This document shows, one piece after another, positions 53,781 to 64,000 of a stretch of 64,000 nucleotides of DNA. Origin of the DNA: the human T2T-CHM13v2.0 reference genome, Homo sapiens; the NCBI RefSeq assembly GCF_009914755.1, contig NC_060926.1; one strand, 5' to 3'. The notes beneath the pieces were generated by a model that searched no databases, was not told the origin of the DNA, and was given only the letters and a program-made list of their open reading frames with translations. Made by a program: the position numbers and the translations under genes. Every line of letters begins with the position of its first letter. The first letter of the stretch is position 1.

Positions 53781-54699
53781 AATATTTTTCTCCTTCTAAT
53801 CTTAATCTTGTATTTTGAAGTATAATTTTTTTAAATCAACCTCTACCTTTTTCTGACAAAGGACGTTTGTATCTAAGTGTGTTGAGCTCTAAAATGCTTT
53901 AAACTGTAATAATTATCATAGTTCATAATGACTTCTGACAATATCTGACAACAACTATTTTAAGTGTTTGAGAGAACCCTGCCACCCCTGTTGACTTCCC
54001 TGCTCCTCTTACACCCGTTTCCATCATTTCTCTGCTTAAAAGTAACTTTTAATGTACATTTGCTCTGATGTGAGACCTTGCCTTTTATCAGGGCTGTCCT
54101 CACCCAGTAAAATGTCTCCTTTTGTCCCCAAATCCTTTCCTCTTGAAAGTAGCCCTTTGTTTCTCATTTAAACCACCCTACCAACTAGAGAGCAGTCTTA
54201 GGTATTCACTTGTTGAAGTAAGCCACTTCCTGTGACAGAGATATAAAACATGATAACAATGAAGCAAACCTTATTTGATCTCAAATAAAATTGTTTTAAC
54301 TCTTCTGCCCTTTCTGATCACATAGCCCTAATCCAAACATCTAGTATAACTGCACAGCAAATGAATAAGTAGATTCAAACCAGCTGGAGTCTTACACCAA
54401 CATACTGTCTAGGCATAAAACTGAGCCTTTAGGTAGAAACCAAGTCACGATGCAGCAAATGACATCCTGAGCTAGGAAACTGAGCTAAAAGGACCTTGGC
54501 AGCCTTCTTGGTATGTTTATTTGTGCACTACACAGATAAGCTCAGATGAAGGGTAGGCTGTGTGCTAGAGCTAGAAGTGTGGCCAACCTCCTGCTCTACT
54601 GGCTGTTGACTGCTAGAAGTGGGAGGAAAGTCCCAGAGAATGTGCTCATATCCCATCATTCATAGAGAAGACACATCAACAGCCATTACCAAAGTTGGT

Positions 54700-55790
<1,091 letters not shown>

Positions 55791-55809
55791 AAAGTAATTT
55801 AAATGTATT

Positions 55810-55895
55810 GTCACAAAGAATTAATTAAATTGCCCAACTCAGCATACCTAATACATGATAGACTAGGATTTGAACTGAGTAAAGCTCCAGGCCCC
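55810..55895 (-). mobile_element. MIR fragment
   Basis: ttaaattgcccaa...ctaggatttgaac...ctccaggccc. Confidence 0.5.
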
Positions 55896-55911
55896 TGCCC
55901 CCCCGTCCGCC

Positions 55912-56213
55912 TTTTTTTAATTTTTTCACTTTTTCTTTGAGACAGAGTTTTGCTTTGTAGCTCAGGCTGGAGTCCAGTGGTGCAATCTTGGCTCACTTCC
56001 ATCTCTGACTCCCAGGTTCAAGCAATTCTCCAGCCTCAGCCTCCTGAATAGCTGTGACTACAGGCACCTGCCACCACGCCAGGCTAATTTTTAGTAAAGA
56101 CGGGGTTTCACCGTGTTGGCCAGGCTGGTCTTGAACTTGTGACCTCCAGTGATCTGCCTTCCTCAGCCTTCCCAAAGTGCTGGGATTACAGGTGTGAGCC
56201 TCCATGCCTGACC
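55912..56213 (-). mobile_element. AluS (Sx/Sz-like)
   Basis: Reverse Alu dimer gagacagagtttt...gggattacaggtgtgagcc. Confidence 0.92.
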
Positions 56214-56227
56214 AAGCAGCACATTTT

Positions 56228-56231
56228 TACC

Positions 56232-56263
<32 letters not shown>

Positions 56264-56970
56264 AAGTTCTGGAATACATGTGCTGAATGTGCAGGTTTGT
56301 TACATAGGTATACATGTGCCATGGTGGTTTACTGCACCTATCAATCCGTCTTCTAGGTTTTAAGCCCTGCACGTATTAGGTATTTGTCCTAGTGCTCTCC
56401 CTCCCCTTGTCCCCCACCCCCCAACAGTCCCTGATGTGTGATATTCCCCTCCCTGTGTCCATGTGTTCTCATTGTTCAACTCCCACTTATGAGTGACAAC
56501 GTGTGGTGTTTGGTTTTCCGTTCCTGTGTTAGTTTGCTGAGGATGATGGTTTCCAGCTTCATCCATGTCCCTGCAAAGGACATGAACTCATCCTTTTTTA
56601 TGGCTGCATAGTAATCCATGGTGTATATGTGCCACATTTTCTTTTTCCAGTATATCATTGACGGGCATTTGGGTTGGTTCCAAGTCTTTGCTATTGTTTC
56701 GCGCCAGTTAGAATGGTGATCATTAAAAAGTCAGGAAACAACCGATGCCATCGAGCATGTGGAGAAATAGGAATGTTTTACACTGTTGATGGGGGTGTAA
56801 ATTAGTTCAACTGTTGTGGAAGATGGTGTGGTGATTCCTCAAGGATCTAGAACCAGAAATACCATTTGACCCAGAAATCCCATTACTGGGTATATAACCA
56901 AAGGATATGTTGTACTATTGTACTATATAGACACATGCACACGTAGTATGTTTATTGCAGCACTATTTAC
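56228..56970 (-). mobile_element. 5'-inverted, truncated L1PA8-like insertion
   Basis: Poly-T plus 3'UTR (ctaggttttaagccc, L1PA8-type) to 56697, then opposite-orientation ORF2 end 56699-56970; TSD caagcag(c/t)acatttt. Confidence 0.92.
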
Positions 56971-57539
56971 AAGCAGTACATTTTGAAAGTAACAAAGATG
57001 AGTTCTAAAAGGAGAATTTGATGGATTTGACTACATGAAAATTACAGTCCTTTCAATGTGAAAAAAATGGAAACAACAAAATCGAAAGTCATCTGATAAA
57101 CTGAGAAAATAGTTACAAGACATATATCATATAAACACTGTTGACATCTCCAGTACATTCGAGGTTTTGTATCAATAAGAAAACAAAGAAAAAAAGGCAA
57201 AGAACACACAGGAAAATGTATAAGTGGTTATTTTGACATCTGCGAAATTAAGTACCATTCAATTAGTAAAAATGATCTTTTAGAAATATATTCTTTATAA
57301 TGGCTAAAGTGAGAACAATCTATTATCAAAAGAAAAAGGCAGGTTATAGAAACAATATGACAATATGATGACATTAATACTTTTCATTACGTATATATGG
57401 TACTGTGTGATTCTTTGTAGCCTTATTTCTCTTTATCTTCATTTTGGTGTAAGAATATTATTTGGAATTGTTTCAACCATTTTATTACCATAAAAGCAAA
57501 ACAAACAGACAAAAAAATTGCAGAATGAACAAACTGAAG

Positions 57540-57689
57540 GCCTCACTTTGTTAAGCTGCCAAATAACTATCCTGGACTCACCTTGCCTTTACCTTTCTTA
57601 TGTAAGAAGATAAATTCCTCATTATTCATGTGACTTTTGGTTTGAACACGCATTGATTTACTTGTAGCTGAAAGCACCCTAACTGATAC
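57540..57689 (+). mobile_element. MLT1-type LTR 3' end
   Basis: ttacttgtagctgaaagcaccctaactgataca terminus. Confidence 0.65.
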
Positions 57690-58213
57690 AGACAGGGAGA
57701 TACTTGTGGAAAAAATTAATTTGACCATACAACAGAAGAGGAAATAATAAAAGAAGAAAATAGAATCAGTGCATATTTAAGATTTTTCTAAAGCATTTTG
57801 AGGGCAAGAGATCAAAGAGATTTTTGAGAAGATTGCGAATTTGGCCTAGTATATCAACAGGGTATCCAGATTTTATAGACACTTTTGCTGTAAGTTAATA
57901 TAATAATTACTCCTTGCTACCTATTTTAGAGAGTTCCATAAATATGTGCATTTTTTCTGGATATTACATTTGAATTTGTCTTTCTGTCAGATGCAAAAAG
58001 TGCTATCTATATAACTCAATTGTATTAGGGCTTTATATGAGTTAGGAAGAGAAAGAGTTTCCCCTTGAATAATAAAATATTTTCTAAAGAGGCAGATTCT
58101 GTGTTCAAATGTTCTCAGGAACATAATATATACTACTAATTTCTGAGAATTATAAAATATCAATATTTTAGAAAATAAAATGAAGAATCCTGATATAAGA
58201 AAAGTGTTTTGTT

Positions 58214-58577
58214 CACCTTCCTGTGTCCAAGTGTTCTCATTGTTTAATTCCCACCTATGAGTGAGAACATGCGGTGTTTGGTTTTTTGTCCTTGTGATAG
58301 TTTGCTGAGAATGCTGGTTTCCAGCTTCATCCATGTCCCTACAAAGGACATGAACTCATCCTTTTTTATGGCTGCATAGTATTCCATGGGAACATCACGC
58401 ACTGGGGCCTGTCGTGGGGTGGGGGAGCAGGGAGGGATAGCATCAGGAGATATACCTAATGTAAATGACGAGTTAATGGGTGCAGCACACCAACATGGCA
58501 CACGTATACATATGTAAGAAACCTGCACGTTGTGCACATGTACCCTAAAACTTAAAGTATAATAATAATAAAAAAAA
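58214..58577 (+). mobile_element. 5'-inverted, truncated L1PA4/5-like insertion
   Basis: Antisense segment to about 58388, sense 3'UTR from there to polyA; 17-bp TSD aagaaaagtgttttgtt at 58197-58213 and 58578-58594. Confidence 0.95.
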
Positions 58578-58769
58578 AAGAAAAGTGTTTTGTTGAGTAT
58601 TTCCCAAACTGAAGAATGGCTATTACTGGAAGGAACTATAAACTGAGTGGCTTCTAGGTAGAGGTGAGTTATAAATGAATGATATTTTCTTGACAGTGAA
58701 CTCTAAAAACCCAATGTCTAGGAATACTCTAGGGATTACCTACACAAAATTAATAATAACATTAATAAT

Positions 58770-58915
58770 AATAATCTCATCTTTAAAGATATTATGAGTA
58801 AAATAGAGTTTATACAATACTTACCTTATAGTATTGTTGTAAGAATTAAATTGCAATACTGTGGTGATTAAAGAAAATATTTCATTTGGAAGGTTCTTGG
58901 TACATTATTAGTATG
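58770..58915 (+). mobile_element. MIR fragment
   Basis: aatacttaccttatagtattgttgtaagaattaaat. Confidence 0.55.
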
Positions 58916-59269
58916 ATTATAATTATTATTAATATGACTTGCCGTTATAATTATCATTATATATCATTATCATGAAGAATATAGTAGGAGAGGTAATGAC
59001 TGGATTTCTTCACAGCACTGGGGAGGTGGTCTAACATCTCTAGCAGAAATGAGTCAACTCCTTGAGTCAGAGAAAGTGGGTCAGCTTCCTATCTTCAGCT
59101 GAGCTGAAGCACAGGTACAGAATTTGAACAGTGACTGGGGTACCAAAGACTATTTGGAACTTTTTTTCTACTTTCCTATAGTTTTTGTATTAATGATATT
59201 GCTATCTTCTCAAAATATGTTTAAAATTTCGATTGTAGAATTGCTATTAATCCATGAGACACACTGATT

Positions 59270-62200
59270 TTGGTTTTATAATTTATTTTTCATTTTTAAT
59301 TATTGTGGGTACATAGTAGATATATATTTATGGGGTACATGAGATGTTTTGATATAGGCATGCAATATAAAATAAGCACACCATGGAGTATTGGGCATCC
59401 ATCCCCTCAAGCACTTATCCTTTTAGTTAGAAACAATCCAATTACACTCTTTATTTTAAAATATACAATTAAGTTACTATTGACTATAGTAACCCTGTTG
59501 TGTTATCAAATAGTAGGTCTTATTCCTTCCAACTATTTATTGTTGCCGTTAACCATCACCACCTCCGCAACACCTTTTCACCATCAATCCCAGCGTCTGG
59601 TAACTATCCTTCTACCCTCTATCTCCATGAGTTCAGTTGTTTTGATTCCTAGAACCCACACATAAGTGAAAAACATACCATGTTTGTCTTTCTGTGCTTG
59701 TCTTATTTGACTTAATAATCTTCAGTTCTATCCATGTTGTCACAAATGACTGGATCTTATTCTTTTTTATGGCTGAGTAGTACTCCATTGTGTAGGTACC
59801 ACATTTTCTTAATCCGTAAGTGTCTATTAATAGACACCTAGGTTGCTTTCAAATCTCAGCTATTGTAAACAATGCTGCAACAAACATGGGAGTGCAGATG
59901 CCTCTTCCATATATTGATTTCCTTTATTTTCGTTGTATACCTAGTAGTGAGATTCCTGGATCATATGGTAGCTCAATTTTTAGTTTTTTGAGGAACCTTC
60001 AAACTGCTCTCTATAGAAGTTATACTAATTTACATTCCCACCAACCATGTACAAGGGTTGTCTTTTCTCCACATCCTCACCAGCTTTGTTATTTCCTGCC
60101 TGTCTTTGGGATGTAAGCCATTTCAACAGAGGTGAGGCAATATTTCATTGTAGCTTTGATCTGCATTTATCTAATGATTAATGATATTGAACACTTTTTC
60201 ATATGCCTGTTTTCCATTTTTGTTTCCCATTTGAGAAAATGGAAATCTTTTAAATCTTTTAAATGGAATCTTTTAAATCTTTTAAATCGAAATGGAGACG
60301 TATTCAAATCTTTTGTCCATTTTAAAAATCAGATTATTAGATTTTTTTCTATAGAGTTGTTTGAGCTCCTTATATATTCTGGTTATTAATCCCTTGTCAG
60401 GTGACCAGTTTGCAAATATTTTCTCCCATTCTATGGGTTGTCTCACTACTTTGTTGTTTCCTTTGCTGTGCAGAAGCTTTTTAACTTGATGTGATTCCAT
60501 TTGTCCATTTTTGCTTTCGTTGCCTGTGCTTGTGGGGAATTACTCAAGAAATTCTTGCTCAGACCACTATCCTGGAGATATTCCCCAGGGTTTTCTTGTA
60601 GTATCTTCATAGGCTGCGGTCTTATATTTAAGTCTTTAATCCATTTTAATTAGATTTTTGTATATGGTGAGAGATAGGGGTCTAGTTTCATTTTTTTTTT
60701 CTGCATGTGGATATCCAGTTTTCTCAGCGCCATTTATTGAAGAGACAGCTTTTTCCCAAGTGTATGTTCTTGACACCTTCTTAGTTTACTGTAGGGGTGT
60801 GAATTTGTTTCTGGGTTGTCTATTCTGTTCCATTGGTTTATATGTCTGTTTTTATGCCACTACCCGCTATTTTGGTTACTGTAGCTCTAATGTAATTTGA
60901 AGTCAGATAATGTGGTTTTTCCAGTTTTGTTCTTTTTGCTTAGGACCATTTTGGCTATTCTGTGTCTTATGTGGTTCCATATTCATTTTAGGATTTTTTT
61001 TCTATTTCTGTGAAGAATGTCATTGGTATTTTGATAGGGATTTCATTGAATCTATAGATTGCTTTGGGTAGCATTAACATTTTAACAATATTGATTCTTC
61101 CAATCCATGAACAAGGAATATTTTCCCATTTTTTTTGTTTTCTCTTCAGTTTCTTTCATCAGTGTTTTATAGTTTTTATTGTAGAGATCTTTTTCTTCTT
61201 TGGTTAATTTCTAGGTATTTAATTTTATTGGTGGCTATTGTAAATGGGATTACATTTTAAATTTCTCTTTCTGATTGTTCACTGTTGACATATAGAAATT
61301 CTACTGATTTTCTTATTTGGGATGATGTTCTGCAGTATGAATGAATTTGTTTATCAGTTCTAATAGTTTTCTTGTGGAGTCTTTAGATTTTTCCAAATAT
61401 AACTCTATATCATCTACAAACAAGGATAATTTGACTTCTTTCTTTCCTATTTGGATGCCCTTTATATATGCACCCAACATGGGAGTACCAGATATATAAA
61501 GCAAATATCATTACAGCTAAAGAAAGAGAGAGGTCTCAAAACGATAATGGCCAAAGACTTCAACAGCCACTTTCAGCATTGGACAGATGTTCTGTAAGAA
61601 ATATCTTATCTTTCTCTTTTCTGATTTCTGTAGCTAGGACTTCCAGTGCTGCATTGAATAACAGTGGTGACAGTGGACAACGTTGTCATGTTCCAGATTT
61701 TAGAGAAAAGACTTTCAGCTTTTCTCCATTTAGTATGATACTACTGTGAGTGTGTCATAATTGGCTTTTATTATGTTGAGATATGTTCCTTCTGTACCCA
61801 GTTTTTTGAGGGTTTTTATTATGAAGGGATGATAAATTTTATCAACTGCTTTTCAGCATCTGTTGAAATGATCATATGGTTTTATCCTTCATTCTGTTGA
61901 TATGATGTATTACCTTTATTGATTTGCATACATTGAACCATCCTCGCATCCCAGGGATAAATACCACTTGGTCATGATAAATGTTCTTTTAATGTATTGT
62001 TGAATTTGGCTTTCTAGTATTTTGTTGATGATTATTGCTTCAGTATTAATCAGACATTGGCTTGTAGTTTTATTTTACTGGTGTGTGTTTGTCTGGTTTT
62101 TGGTATCAGAGTAATACTGGCCTTGTATCAGTTTGGAAGTATTCCCTCCTCTTTTATTTTTGGAAAAGTTTGGGTAGGATAGCTATTAGTTTTTTAAATA

Positions 62201-64000
62201 TTTGATAGAATTCAGCAATAAAACCACTGGGTCCCAGGCTTTTTTTTTACTGGGAAATTATTTATTAAAGCTTTGATCTTGTTACCTGTTACTGGTCAGT
62301 TCAGGTTTTGGATTTCTTCATAGTTCAATCTTGTTAGGCTGTATGTGTCCAGAAATTTGTCTATTTCTTCTAGATCTTCCAATTTATTGGCATATAGTTG
62401 CTCATAGTAGCTAGTAACAATACTTTGAATTTCTGTGATATCAGTTGTAATGTCTCCTTTTTCATCTTTTTTCATCTCTGATTTTAGTTATTTGGGTTTG
62501 TCAATTTTGTTTACATTTTTAAAAAACAACTTTTTGTTTCATTAATCCTTTGTATTCTTTATTTCCATGTCATTTATTTCTACTGTGATCTTTATTGTTT
62601 CTTTTCTTCCACTAATTCTGGGTTTGGTTTGCTTTTGATTTTCTAGTTCTTTAAGATATATTGTTGATTGTTTATTTGAAGTTGTTTCTCTTTTTTGATG
62701 TAGGCTCTTATACCTATAAACTTCTCTCTGAGTGCTGCTTTTGCTGTATCCCATAGGCTTTGGTATGTTGTGTTTCCATTATCATTTGTTTCAGGAATTT
62801 TTCAGTTTCCTTCTTAATTTCTTCATTGACCCACTGGTCACTCAGAAGCATATGGTCTAATTTCCATGTATTTGTATAGTTTCCAAAGTTCCTCCTGTTA
62901 TTAATTTCTAGTTTTATTCCATTGTGATCATAGAAGATGTTTGACATTATTTCCTTTTTTTTAATGTATTAAGACATATTTTATTACCTAAAATATGGTC
63001 TGTCCTTGAGAATAATCCATCTGTTGAGGAAAATAATGTGTATTCTGCAGCTCTTGGATAAAATGCTCTGTAAATATCTCTTAGAGCCACTGAATCTATA
63101 GTGAAGATTAAGTCCAATGCATATTTGTTGATTTTCTGTCTGGAAGATCTGTCCAACACTGAAATTGGCATGTTGAAGTCTTCTGCTATTATTGTTTTGG
63201 GGTCTCTCTCTTTAGCTCTAATGATATGTCCTTTATATAGCTAAGTGCTCCAGTGTTGGGTGCATATATATTTAAAATTGTTTTATCTCCTTGCTCAATT
63301 GACCCTTTTATTATTGTATAATGACCTTCTTTGTCTCTTTTTATGGTTTTTGTCTTGAAACCTATTTTATTTGATATAAGTGTAGCAACTTCTGCTCCTT
63401 TTTGGGTTTCAATTGGCATGGAATATCTTTTTCTGTCCCTTTATTTTTAGTCTGTGGTGTGTCTTTATAGGTGAAGTGTGTTTCTTGTAGGCAACAGATC
63501 AATGGTTCTTGTTTTTTCATCCATTTAGCCAGTCTCTGTCTTTTGATTGGAGAGTTTAGTCCATTTACATTCAATGCTTTTATTGGTAAATATGGAGTTA
63601 ATCTTACCATTTTGTTATATTTCTGGTTGTTTTGTGGACTGCTCTTCCTTGTTTCTTTCCTTCCTGTCTTTCTCTAGGGAAGATGAGTTTCTCTGGTGAA
63701 ATAACTTAGTTTCTGGCTTTTTATTTTCTGTGTATCCATTGTGTGTTTTTCGGTTTGAGATTACCATGAGGCTTGTTAATACTATTTTATAACCCACTAT
63801 TTCAACCAGATAATGACCTAACACTATTTGCTTAAACAAACAAGCAAAAAGACTCTAGTAAAAACTCTATGCCTTAAATTCATCTTCCTGCTTTAAAACT
63901 ATTTATTGTTTCTATTTATGTCTTCACAAGTTATTGTAGCTATTATTTTGCATTGGTTCATCAATTAGTCTTTCTACTTAGGGCATGAGTAGTTACACAC
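59270..64000 (-). mobile_element. Decayed L1MA1-3-type LINE-1, continues beyond window
   Basis: Same 3' end type as the 14069 element; ORF2 remnants (LNVNGLNSPIKRQRLAKWMKKQEPLICCLQETH at 63362-63610; NIYAPNTGA at 63189-63419). Confidence 0.93.

Overview
This is AT-rich, CpG-poor primate (most likely human) nuclear DNA, intronic or intergenic, and dominated by interspersed repeats. I find no supportable host protein-coding gene, RNA gene, CpG island or CRISPR-like system. The protein-like ORFs I recognise are decayed L1 ORF1/ORF2, THE1-internal or Alu frames; the rest look like chance ORFs. Main content: (1) a full-length L1MA1-3-type element (-) with a 12-bp TSD at 14069-21383, inside an older L1; (2) a near full-length L1PB-type element (+) at 27881-37237 carrying an AluS and a complete two-LTR THE1 provirus that itself holds an AluSp; (3) an orphan L1 5'UTR fragment; (4) two 5'-inverted (twin-primed) L1PA insertions; (5) a second L1MA (-) running off the right edge; (6) Alus, MIRs, L2s, MLT1 LTRs and the MITEs Tigger3a, Tigger4b, MER6B, MER1B, MER45A and MER30. 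The most interesting items are mutational scars (an inverted EN-domain copy inside the right L1MA, a perfect hairpin, tandem duplications), two candidate exons and a CpG-retaining patch with an inverted motif pair. I see no convincing new biological system. Subfamily names come from remembered consensus sequences, not a database search, and boundaries of old repeats are approximate.
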